Source of the DNA: Epithemia pelagica
Lineage: Eukaryota > Protista > Bacillariophyta
NCBI GenBank assembly: GCA_946965045.2
Contig: OX337233.1
Coordinates: forward strand, 1,054,001 to 1,118,000
DNA: 64,000 nt
Direction of reading: 5' to 3'
The notes under the pieces were generated by a model. The model made no database searches and had not been told where the DNA came from. It worked only from the letters and a program-made list of their open reading frames with translations. The position numbers and the translations under genes were made by a program. Positions 21,884 through 31,351 of this stretch are shown here, piece by piece. Positions within the stretch are counted from its first letter, which is position 1. Every line of letters begins with the position of its first letter.

Positions 21884-24800
21884 ATGGGTGTCACGACACG
21901 AGATGGATGGACGACGGATCTGGTGGAATCCTCCACCACCAATCATCCTGCCACGACTTCGAGTAGTAGCGGTGGTGGTCCGGTCACGATGCGATCACGA
22001 CGTCGTCGAGAAGAAGCCGTCCGACGATTGGTGGCCGAAGTCCAAGCGCAAGATACGACCGCTGTGGGTTCCACCACCAATAACAACACCACTACTACCA
22101 ACAATAACAATACGACCACGGACACGGCCGACGGTGCCACGCCGTCCTCGACCTGGATGCATCCGGAAACCCACGATTGGTTGGTGGCCAGTGTGACGGC
22201 GGCCGCCTTGGAAAAGGGGTTGGATCGCGAGTTGCATACGGCGTTGGTCCAAGAAGCCAAGGACAATGCCAGTCGGATTGGTCAAATTTGTCAAGATCAT
22301 GCCGATGTGTTTTTGGACAGTGTCGCGGCCGTGGCCGCCTTGGGACATCCCGCCAAGGCCTTGTCGCAGGGCTTGTTGGAAGCCCAACAGGCCTTGCAAG
22401 AGGACACGGCCGGACCGCTCTTGCAGGCGTCGCAATGGCAAGCCGAGGCCTTGAATTCCTGGCAACGGGCCCAAACGCTCTGGGCCATGGTCCAAGCCTC
22501 TCGATCCACGGCCTTGCAATTGGAAACGGCCCGCAAACAAGCCGCCGCTGGACGACCGCGTGCGGCCCTCTTGGCCGTGGAACAGGCTCGCACCCAATTG
22601 GCACGGCCCATGCATACTCTCTTGACCGCCGAACAACAACGACAAGCACAAGCACAACAACAAGCACAAGCGCACGGTCCTCGCCACTCCAAATCGCTCG
22701 AGGATTCCGGCAATCCAACAGACGGCCTCGTCTTTTCCTTACCAGCTCTGGATGCCAAAAAAACCTTGTTGGAGACGCCCTTTGGCCAACGGGCCAGTGT
22801 CTGGTTGCCCAAAATTGAAACCGAAGTCTACATGGGAGCCCGTCGTCAATTGAACAAGTGGTTTTTGCAATTGCGATCGGGCGGGGAAGGCAGCAAGGCG
22901 GGGACGGCCGTCTTGCGACAGTGCAGTACCAGTTTGGCTGTGGGACCGGGACATTTGGGCTTGGGCGGTCAAGTGCCAGCCTCGTATGTGTGGCGGGCCA
23001 AGACGGCCGACAATTTGTTGGCCCGTACGCACTTGTCGGGCAAGGTGGCCCGGGCCCTGCGCCATGGCTATTGGTTGGACCGTGATGCGCCCGCCGAAGC
23101 CGAACGCTTGGCCCACAATAACCATCAGCAGTACGAAGGCGTGCGACGCAAGGCCCAAGCCATTGCCGCTGCCTTTGGATGGTACCGGTGTTGGGATGCC
23201 GGAAACACGGTCTTGATTGATCCGGCCGACATTGTTTCCGAAGCCGAATCCAGTTTGCAAGCGCGCCTGGGGGGTGGACCGGGCAGTGGCGGTGCTGGTT
23301 CCGGCAGTGGCGGCAGCGATGGCTTGGCTGGCAGTCGTCATGGACCGGGTGGGTCCAGTGGTGGTGGTGGCAGTGATGGCGGTTTGACCGGAAGTCGTCA
23401 TGGTCCCACGGCGAGTAGCAGCAAACGATCCTTGGGATTTCGAGCCAGTACCAATTCCAAATCGCAAGCCTTTGCCGAAATTTCCGGTGGGGCCTTGGGA
23501 GAACCCACCACCACCAACAGCGGCAGCAGCAACAGCAACAACAAGAAGGCCGCGGCGGGAAGTTCGTCGTCGGCCTTGCAATGGACCAAGGCACTCTTTC
23601 CCAGCATCTTGTACGAAACCACGGCGGCCAATGCCAAGGTGGAAGATGCCTTGTTGTTGGCCTTGCCCGAATCGGTCCATCCCGTTCGACGAGCTGAATT
23701 GGCCTTTACCTTGTTGGGCAAGGCCGAAGAATTTGTCCAGTATTACGAACAAAATCGATTTGGAGAAATCAAGGTGGGCGATGGCAAGGACTCGACGTCC
23801 TCCAATAACAAAACGGCGGGTGGCGGTGGGGAACGCAAATCCTATCTGTCCTCCTTGACGGGGGACGATGTCACGGTTGGTAACGATCGCATCTTTTTTG
23901 TCAAAACCTTTCCCCACTTGTGTGCCTCCGTGGCTGGCTTTAGTGCCGTCGAAGCAGCCTTGGAATTGGGAACCTTTGAACACGACGACGACACGGACAC
24001 GGACGACAACACGAAGAAGAAAAAGGGCGATGGTACCGCCGATGATTATTATTCCTATGGTGGTGCTGCTGGTGCCTCGAGTACCATGGGGACCGCCACC
24101 ACCGTGACGGGAACCACCGCCACGGGGACCACCAAAACTAGCACGAGTGGTGGCGCGGCGGGTGGTTCGTCCTCTTCGGCCAACTCGAAATCGGCCATGT
24201 CCAGTAGTTTGTTTCGAGAATCCTCGGAACGGTACGAACGTGCCTTGATTACGGAATTGGGGACCCTGGTCCAAAGTCGCGCCAACAAGGCCTCCTTGAT
24301 TCATTTGGTCCAAGCCTCACACTTGTTGGCCTCCTTACGAGCTGCCCTCAAGGTGGTGCATCCGTCCTCGTCGGCCCGACGGTACGATCGGGATTGTCTC
24401 ACCTTGGGCAAGGATGTCCATGTCACCTTTATGAAATTGGCCCAAGAAGAACAATTGCAAGCGACCGCCTCCATTGTCGCCGACGACCCCAAGGTTCCCG
24501 TCTTGGTGACGGACTTGTTTGCCTCGAAACGAGGAGGTGGGTTGGGATTTTTGGCCAGCAATCCAACCAGCAATCCATCCACTACTACAAACAATGCCTC
24601 GGGAGGTGTCGGAGTTCCCGAACCCGAAGAAATGGGTTTGCCCTTTGGATTGCATCACATGAAGCAGCGTCCACCAGAAACCACACCCGACGGTAAATCC
24701 GCCAGTAGTAGCAAGACGACCCGTCGATCCTTACCCGTGGACGATGCCTATACCTTTTCCTCGTCGGTTCCGACCGTCTTGCGATTGATTCATGCCCGTG

Positions 24801-25834
24801 CCATTGCGACCGCAACCTTTGCCTTGAATCAATTGGACATGGGACAAGCCTTTCCGGAAAAGAGCAATGGTGGAAGTGACGCGGCCGGCTTTGTCTTGGA
24901 TTGTGTGGAAGAATGCATCAATGTAGCCGCGGTCGGAATGAAGGATTCAGATCATACCGTCGATGAAGGATCGGTCGAAAAGGCGGTTCAAGTCATGGCC
25001 AATATTACCGCCTTGCAACATACGTTGCCCCGTGTCTTTGCCACCTTGATTCGGGGTATGACCCATATCGGATTGATTCCGGCACAGGAATTGGAAGAAA
25101 CGGTGGCCTACGCCGAACGGACTCTCAAGGCGGCCGACAAGGCCTGCGATGCCCAAATTGGATCGACCTATAGTTTGGTCTATGAAATTTGTCGGACTCG
25201 CATGGATTCGCATGTGACCTTTGCCTTGGAAAACTTTAATTGGGTGGCCAAGAGCATTCGCGAAAAGCCCAATGCCTATACCGAAGGTTTGATTGGCTAT
25301 TTGCGCAGTGTCTTCAACTCGTTGGGTCCCATGGATGAAGGATCACGAGCGGGACTGCATTTCTCGTGTTGTGGACACGTGTCGGAACGATTGGTGCAAC
25401 TCTTTTCCGGTAAGGTCGGTGACACGGCGAGTATGGATACCTCTGGCATTACTCCCATTACGCGTATTGATGCCTTTGGAATCAAGAATTTGCAAACGGA
25501 TTGTGGCGAATTGGAAAAGTTTGCCGATTCCACCGGGATTCCGCAATTGCGTGATTGCTTTAGTGAATTGCGAACCTTGACCACGTTTTTGTTGGACAAG
25601 GAATTGCCCGTCTTGGTGCAACCGGATCAAGTCCAGGCCCGGCGCCGCAAGTATCCCATTTTGAGTTTGGAAAAGGTGGGCAATGTCTTGGAAAAGTACG
25701 TGGGTACGGGCTTGGGGGACAAACTGTTAATGGGTGGTGATCGGAGTGGGGCACGGGCCGCCGATTTGCTCATGATTGACAAGAAGGAGTTGCCGGCCTT
25801 GATCAAAGTCGTGCGGGCCCAACAATTTAGTTGA
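21884..25834 (+). CDS. SEC15: Exocyst complex subunit Sec15/EXOC6 (start uncertain, next to the gap)
   Basis: N-terminal coiled coil; HPVRRAELAFTLLGKAEEFVQYYEQNR; C-terminal NWV...NAYTEGLIGYL and NLQTDCGELEKFAD...LRDCFSELR. Confidence 0.85.
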   Translation: MGVTTRDGWTTDLVESSTTNHPATTSSSSGGGPVTMRSRRRREEAVRRLVAEVQAQDTTAVGSTTNNNTTTTNNNNTTTDTADGATPSSTWMHPETHDWLVASVTAAALEKGLDRELHTALVQEAKDNASRIGQICQDHADVFLDSVAAVAALGHPAKALSQGLLEAQQALQEDTAGPLLQASQWQAEALNSWQRAQTLWAMVQASRSTALQLETARKQAAAGRPRAALLAVEQARTQLARPMHTLLTAEQQRQAQAQQQAQAHGPRHSKSLEDSGNPTDGLVFSLPALDAKKTLLETPFGQRASVWLPKIETEVYMGARRQLNKWFLQLRSGGEGSKAGTAVLRQCSTSLAVGPGHLGLGGQVPASYVWRAKTADNLLARTHLSGKVARALRHGYWLDRDAPAEAERLAHNNHQQYEGVRRKAQAIAAAFGWYRCWDAGNTVLIDPADIVSEAESSLQARLGGGPGSGGAGSGSGGSDGLAGSRHGPGGSSGGGGSDGGLTGSRHGPTASSSKRSLGFRASTNSKSQAFAEISGGALGEPTTTNSGSSNSNNKKAAAGSSSSALQWTKALFPSILYETTAANAKVEDALLLALPESVHPVRRAELAFTLLGKAEEFVQYYEQNRFGEIKVGDGKDSTSSNNKTAGGGGERKSYLSSLTGDDVTVGNDRIFFVKTFPHLCASVAGFSAVEAALELGTFEHDDDTDTDDNTKKKKGDGTADDYYSYGGAAGASSTMGTATTVTGTTATGTTKTSTSGGAAGGSSSSANSKSAMSSSLFRESSERYERALITELGTLVQSRANKASLIHLVQASHLLASLRAALKVVHPSSSARRYDRDCLTLGKDVHVTFMKLAQEEQLQATASIVADDPKVPVLVTDLFASKRGGGLGFLASNPTSNPSTTTNNASGGVGVPEPEEMGLPFGLHHMKQRPPETTPDGKSASSSKTTRRSLPVDDAYTFSSSVPTVLRLIHARAIATATFALNQLDMGQAFPEKSNGGSDAAGFVLDCVEECINVAAVGMKDSDHTVDEGSVEKAVQVMANITALQHTLPRVFATLIRGMTHIGLIPAQELEETVAYAERTLKAADKACDAQIGSTYSLVYEICRTRMDSHVTFALENFNWVAKSIREKPNAYTEGLIGYLRSVFNSLGPMDEGSRAGLHFSCCGHVSERLVQLFSGKVGDTASMDTSGITPITRIDAFGIKNLQTDCGELEKFADSTGIPQLRDCFSELRTLTTFLLDKELPVLVQPDQVQARRRKYPILSLEKVGNVLEKYVGTGLGDKLLMGGDRSGARAADLLMIDKKELPALIKVVRAQQFS

Positions 25835-26487
25835 GACAAACCAGTAGCCGGCAAAAACAATACATCTCTACTAGCAGTATTCCTTCCATTGCGTTTCGTT
25901 GTCGTCCTTTCGTGTACCAACATAGCTAGATGTCGACTCTTTTCCGGGGCAACATCACCAACAGGACTCCCTGGAGAATCGAAATCTAGGGTTATCTGTT
26001 GACTATGTATCTAAAACCCCGTCGCGAAAGAAATATACGCGACCTACAAGCGACACGACCAACGGACGATGGACACGACGGTCGGCCGGCGTGGTCCTTC
26101 CGTCACGTCGGACAAGGGAACGGCTCACATTTCCCATCAACTCACAACAGTCAACAACAACCACACCAACCAAGCGAGAACCAAGAAATACATCATCATC
26201 GTAATACTACATTCATACAAAGCCAATCCAAACAACGTTCCATCCTCCTCCAGAATTGCACAGACTGTTGGAACAACCACAAAGTGCTTGTGGTTCGAAG
26301 CTCTATTGATTCGGCGAGTGTGTGTGTGTCACGTGTCACACCAATGACACCCAGCACCCCTTCCCGGAAGAAGTAGCACCTACAAATACCCTTCAGCCTT
26401 GGAGCACCGTTCAAGAACAACAACAACCACCGCCAAAACGCAATCTCCCATAGTTTGTTCTACGACTCAAGTTGGTATCATTGGACC

Positions 26488-29400
26488 ATGAGAAACAACA
26501 ACAATCACGATCCTCCCCCCGACCGTGCGAGTTCGACGACTGCCACCAACAATCCTCCGCCCCGTGCGGTTTCGACCCGGTTGAGTTTGGAAGGCACACC
26601 GTCGGCGTCGTTAGTGTCATCGCGAGGAACCACGGCGGCCACCGCCACGGGAGGCACCACGGGTGTCTCTCCCTACAATCGAGGACGATGGCAGCGGACC
26701 CGCTTTTTTGAAAGTCATTCTGCCACTTCCACGAATAATAACCACAACCACAATCCGAGTGCGGGTACTACCAGTCAGGGAGGAGGACTGTCGGATCCCT
26801 CCTCTCAACCACACGCACGACCACCGAGCCACGAAACACCCGTGCCACCACCTCACCATGACGACAACGACAACGACAAGGACGAGCCTCTTGTTTCCCA
26901 AAAGGTCGACGACCATGGTCCCATGAATTTGCCTCAGTTGCGCCAATGGATCCAACAGTCCTTGTGGGAAGCTCCCGAAGAAGCCACGTATTTGGCCCGA
27001 TTGCTTCTCAGTCAACATGCCTCTCCCACCCATCCAACCAACCAACATGCCCCGGACGTGTATTATTATCACGACGTGTTGCTCTTGGCACAAGCCTATC
27101 ACATGTCTCGACAATATGGCAATTGTTGGAGATTGTTGCATCAACAAACGTCACTGGTCGGTCTTCCACCTCCTCCTCCTTCGTCCCAACATTGTACCAC
27201 TGCCTCTACACCTACTTTTCATCCAACCTGGACGGAATGGGTCCAAGGCTTGCTCTTGGCCTGCCAATCCTTGGCGGCCTTGCACGATTGGACCACACTC
27301 TTGGAATTGCTCGAATCCGTCTGTCGCTTGTCCTCGTCGTCCTCGTCGTCGTCCACCCATGACGCGACGGCCTTTGCCCCCCATTTTAGCAATTTTTCGC
27401 AAGCCCGTGGTCCCGGTTGGGACGATCCATCGTCCTCCTCCTATTCTTATTATTATTCACGACCCTTGGAAGACGAGGACGAGTATGGATGGGACGTTTG
27501 GTACGAGACATGGACGCAAGAATTGCATCGCGAAGCGCAGCAACAACAAACACAACAACAGCATCACGATGGTCCCACCACGGTACCGACTGTGGCAACT
27601 CCCGACGATCGCGTCCATCCCTTGGCCCGCTTGTGTACCTGGCGCGGACGAGCCTCGTACGAAACGGGTCATGTGTTGCGTGCCACCGTGTATTGGACCC
27701 GCGCCTTGCACTTGGATGGTCGAGCCTTGCAAGCCTATGCCGGATTGCTCGATCATCAATTGTGGACGCCGGCGCAAGCCCAAGCCTTTTGTCACGACTT
27801 GCAGCAGCAGCAGCAGCACGACAAGTTCCCCAAAAGTCGTTCCCACCCGGAGCAAGCCACGACGACGACGACCCGTACCACGACGGTCGTGCCTCCCTGG
27901 TTGATTGCCTTGTATTGGACGCGGATTGAAGTGCCCACACAAACACCCACCCGCATTGTGGCGAAGCAACCACGAAACCCGGCCACGACAACGGGCGACA
28001 AGGACGAACCAACTGACAAGGACAACAACAACAACAACAACGACGATGATGATGATGAATCCATGCGCGAGGGTCCCACCACTGCTGTGGGGAGTAGCAG
28101 TTTCTTTTCGACGGTACACGATCCTCGTTGGATGAGTGGTGCCACGTCGGACGAGGCCGACCCGGCCTCGTCCTTGTTGGATGCCTCGTCCATTGCCATG
28201 GTATCGTCTCCCACCACCCATGCGGCCGGAACCACTCATTCTCATCCTCATGGTGGTGGTGCCACGACCTCGAATGCCTTGTTTGCGTCTCCCTCGGCAC
28301 CCGAAACGGCCGACGATACGGATCCACAACACCACCAACAGTTGCTGCAAGTTCAAGTGGACCAAGCCTTTGACGATTTGCAAACCGTGTACCAGTTGCA
28401 AAAGGCACCTCAAGTATTGGCCATGGCCGCCCAACGCGCCTATCGTCGCTATCAATGGAAACGTGTCTTGCAGTATTGTCACGAATTGGCCCAATTGGAT
28501 CCCACCATGTTGCAACCCGGAAGCGACTCGGCGAGTGGGACGAGTATGAGCAGCAGTGGTGCCAGTCGGACTGTCGCCTTTGTCTATGTGGCCGCTCTCT
28601 TGTTGGCCGGTCACAAACGCACCTTGTTTCAAGTGGCCCATACCTGGGTCGAAGCGCAACCACAACAAGCCGCCTCCTGGTTTGCCGTTGGTGCCTATTA
28701 CAGTGCCTGTGGTCGTCCTCACATTGCGCAACGACATTATTGTCGGGCCACCCGCTTGGATCCGCATTGTACCCCGGCCTGGATTGCCTTTGGTTGTGCC
28801 TTTGCCGCCTGCGATGAATCCGATCAAGCCTTGGCCAGTTTTCGCGCCGCCCAACGACTCAGTCCCGGCGAATATCTCAGTCTCTTGTACATGGGCATGG
28901 AATATACGCGGACCAATCATTACAGTTTGGCGCAGACCTTTATTACCACGGCCGTCCAAACCAGTGCCGGAGATCCATTGGGATGGCACGAATTGGGGGT
29001 CTTGGCCCTTCTCAAGGGTCAGTACGAACCAGCCTCGGAATGCTTTGAAAAAGTATTGAGTTTGGTCGTCGTGGTGGACGACGAAGAGGGTGACGACTAC
29101 GACCCGGTCCTGGACGAATACCATCGTGAACCATGCCAAACCAAAGTACAACAGAACCAACCTCGTCGTCGAAGTCATTCTCCTCGTGCCGTTTCGAGTT
29201 TGAACGAATTGGTCGAATTGTGTATGGATCCCTATTGGGAAGCGACCGTCTTTAATTTGGGTCACGCCTTGCGAAAATTGCGTCGCTACGAGGCCGCCTT
29301 GGTCTGTTATGATCGGTGCATTGCCCTGTGTCCGCACCAAGCCTCGGGTTATGCCGCCTTTGCCTTGGTCTGTCAGTGCCTCGACGAGACGGATCGGGCC

Positions 29401-29658
29401 GTCGACTATTATCATCAAGCATTGGCCTGTCAACCCGATCATGCCGTCTCGACCGAGTTGCTTCAACGGGCCTTGGCTGGACCCACGACGAACCATCATC
29501 ATAAATCCACGCCCGTCTTTCCACCCTCGCCGCCGTCTCCCACCACGGTCCCCAATGTTTTGGACTATCCCCATCCCGCATGGTTGGATCCACCCACCAC
29601 CACCACCACGGGTGGTGGTGGGGCCCGACCACGACCGCATTCCTCCGATGTCATCTAA
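26488..29658 (+). CDS. CDC16: Anaphase-promoting complex subunit 6 (TPR protein)
   Basis: SWFAVGAYY, AWIAFGCAFA...ESDQALASF, LLYMGMEY, WEATVFNLGHALRKLRRY; many low-complexity insertions. Confidence 0.9.
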   Translation: MRNNNNHDPPPDRASSTTATNNPPPRAVSTRLSLEGTPSASLVSSRGTTAATATGGTTGVSPYNRGRWQRTRFFESHSATSTNNNHNHNPSAGTTSQGGGLSDPSSQPHARPPSHETPVPPPHHDDNDNDKDEPLVSQKVDDHGPMNLPQLRQWIQQSLWEAPEEATYLARLLLSQHASPTHPTNQHAPDVYYYHDVLLLAQAYHMSRQYGNCWRLLHQQTSLVGLPPPPPSSQHCTTASTPTFHPTWTEWVQGLLLACQSLAALHDWTTLLELLESVCRLSSSSSSSSTHDATAFAPHFSNFSQARGPGWDDPSSSSYSYYYSRPLEDEDEYGWDVWYETWTQELHREAQQQQTQQQHHDGPTTVPTVATPDDRVHPLARLCTWRGRASYETGHVLRATVYWTRALHLDGRALQAYAGLLDHQLWTPAQAQAFCHDLQQQQQHDKFPKSRSHPEQATTTTTRTTTVVPPWLIALYWTRIEVPTQTPTRIVAKQPRNPATTTGDKDEPTDKDNNNNNNDDDDDESMREGPTTAVGSSSFFSTVHDPRWMSGATSDEADPASSLLDASSIAMVSSPTTHAAGTTHSHPHGGGATTSNALFASPSAPETADDTDPQHHQQLLQVQVDQAFDDLQTVYQLQKAPQVLAMAAQRAYRRYQWKRVLQYCHELAQLDPTMLQPGSDSASGTSMSSSGASRTVAFVYVAALLLAGHKRTLFQVAHTWVEAQPQQAASWFAVGAYYSACGRPHIAQRHYCRATRLDPHCTPAWIAFGCAFAACDESDQALASFRAAQRLSPGEYLSLLYMGMEYTRTNHYSLAQTFITTAVQTSAGDPLGWHELGVLALLKGQYEPASECFEKVLSLVVVVDDEEGDDYDPVLDEYHREPCQTKVQQNQPRRRSHSPRAVSSLNELVELCMDPYWEATVFNLGHALRKLRRYEAALVCYDRCIALCPHQASGYAAFALVCQCLDETDRAVDYYHQALACQPDHAVSTELLQRALAGPTTNHHHKSTPVFPPSPPSPTTVPNVLDYPHPAWLDPPTTTTTGGGGARPRPHSSDVI

Positions 29659-30108
29659 GACGACGACGGCTGTGGAAACAAACACTGCAGTAGACAGACA
29701 CGATAGGAAGGATGGAGCAAGAAACGTGCTGGGTTTGTATGTTCATGGCTCTAGGAACTTGCTTCTTCTTGGCGCGCTCTCAAAACTCTGAAATAGGAAA
29801 TAGGTATAGAGATATCCGTAAAACTCCTCTAAGTACAGAGTAAGCTTTTTCTATGTCTATTTCGTTGCGCAAAACTCTCTGCGACACTACAATCCCATTG
29901 AGAGTTCACCTCCTGGTAGGACGCCATCTTGTTCGGGTCACTACTGTGTGCCATTTCCGATACTGTGAGAAATAGAAATGTGTCGCACCCATACATAAAA
30001 AAGCATTTGCCCCAAAGACGACACCGTTTGAGATCCACACAAGTTTTGGCAGGATCAGGATGATGATGGATGCGTGTGGTCCATGCCAGGCACCAACAAC
30101 CTACCTCT

Positions 30109-30576
30109 CTAGGTACTACTTACAAGCAGGATCGAGACTGCGACAGTCCCCACAAGAAGAAGAAGGAGGGTCATCCCCACGGACCACCTCGTCGTGCCAA
30201 ATAGGAACATGCGCATGGCCGAATTCTCATGATCTGCAGCACCACCGCAACAGACTTCTCCTTCCGTGGCAATGGGTTCCCCCGGTGCGGGACGAATGAC
30301 ATCCAAGGGCGGTTGTCCATTGGAGGCACAGACATAGCCCGGTCGTCGGGTTGCCCCATTGCCAATGTCTCCCACAATGACACCGCCCACCAGCAAACAT
30401 TCTTGTCGTGTCAAGACTGCGTTTGCTGGATGCAGCAACAACAGGAACAATACTGCCAGGATGCCCACTACCGGCCACACCCAGCAACTACTCCTTGGAC
30501 GACGGCGATTCCCAAACGGAGACACTCCATGAGAACGAGACAACACGGAGAGTCCTCGTCGTCGTGGATCCACCAT
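30109..30576 (-). CDS. Small secreted or membrane-anchored Cys-containing protein
   Basis: Signal-like hydrophobic segment, domain ECLLVGGVIVGDIGNG...YVC...EGEVCC, C-terminal hydrophobic anchor. Confidence 0.6.
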   Translation of the reverse strand: MVDPRRRGLSVLSRSHGVSPFGNRRRPRSSCWVWPVVGILAVLFLLLLHPANAVLTRQECLLVGGVIVGDIGNGATRRPGYVCASNGQPPLDVIRPAPGEPIATEGEVCCGGAADHENSAMRMFLFGTTRWSVGMTLLLLLVGTVAVSILLVSST

Positions 30577-30977
30577 TGTTTCGGGACGCCACTAGCAGAA
30601 AGAATGACAACCAACCAACCAACCAGGGAATCAGAAGAACGTAGTTTGCTTGGACAAACAATGGCAAATCCTCAATTCCACAGCCAAACTTCTCAATCCA
30701 TATGGAAAATGAATGATAGGATGGGATCCTATCGACCGTGTCTTCTTTGGGCAGCAGACTGTCGTACAATCTATATGGTATTGATTACAGATTTCGCACG
30801 ATCGGGATACGGAAGCTCGAACAAATCATCAAATACTCCCAAGTGCTCTATTCATACGTGATTCAGAGGGTGTAGTTGAAAGTGGAACAGTCTCGTCACA
30901 AAAGACTCAAGACTCGATGATGAACTCTCCATGATCCACCGCTATGGAGTAATAAGAACGTCACTAAGGCTCCTTTC

Positions 30978-31207
30978 AAAAAAGGTTTGAATCTATTCTT
31001 CCAGCTGCCGCGCTCACCCACTCTACCGCCTGGGGTTAAGTCGACCGACTGCCCTGGCGCCATGACACTCGGAATCATGGAGCGGGGGGACAGCCCGCTT
31101 GTGTGACAAGGGGCCACATAGACGAACCGTTTTTCCGGGCCCCACATCTAGCCCTCCCAACCACCTAATCACAGCGGACTCGAACCCTGGACACCCAAGC
31201 ACCGAGA
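30978..31207 (-). mobile_element. Short element sharing the LINE 3' tail: candidate SINE or non-autonomous retroelement
   Basis: 30978-31058 aligns with the LINE 3' end 31208-31277. Contains GGTTCGAGTCC (B-box consensus) on the minus strand, three hairpins and a T6 end. No A-box seen. Confidence 0.55.
31190..31207. repeat. 18-bp target-site duplication of the LINE (other copy 39610-39627; third copy 39792-39809)
   Basis: GACACCCAAGCACCGAGA is identical at all three positions. Confidence 0.9.
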
Positions 31208-31351
31208 AAAAAAGGTACAATCTATTTTAACGCTGCCGCGCGCACCCGCTAGGGTAGCGTCGACCGACGCGCCTGGCTCCACACAAAATGTGAAGCGAGG
31301 ACTAAAGGACGGGGCAAGGTATGACAGGGGGGAGAAACGTGGAGAGGTCGG

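Noticed and set aside
21362-22196. ORFs spanning the N run
   Set aside because: Artefacts of translating through the 200-N gap; the true spacing is unknown.
21884-29791. Long antisense and alternate-frame ORFs over SEC15 and CDC16 (e.g. 22739-24313, 27457-29685)
   Set aside because: Shadow ORFs caused by codon bias; no recognisable motifs.
31165-31207. A true tRNA gene at the GGTTCGAGTCC motif
   Set aside because: Only a bulged T-arm is present. There is no D-arm/A-box, paired anticodon stem or acceptor stem.
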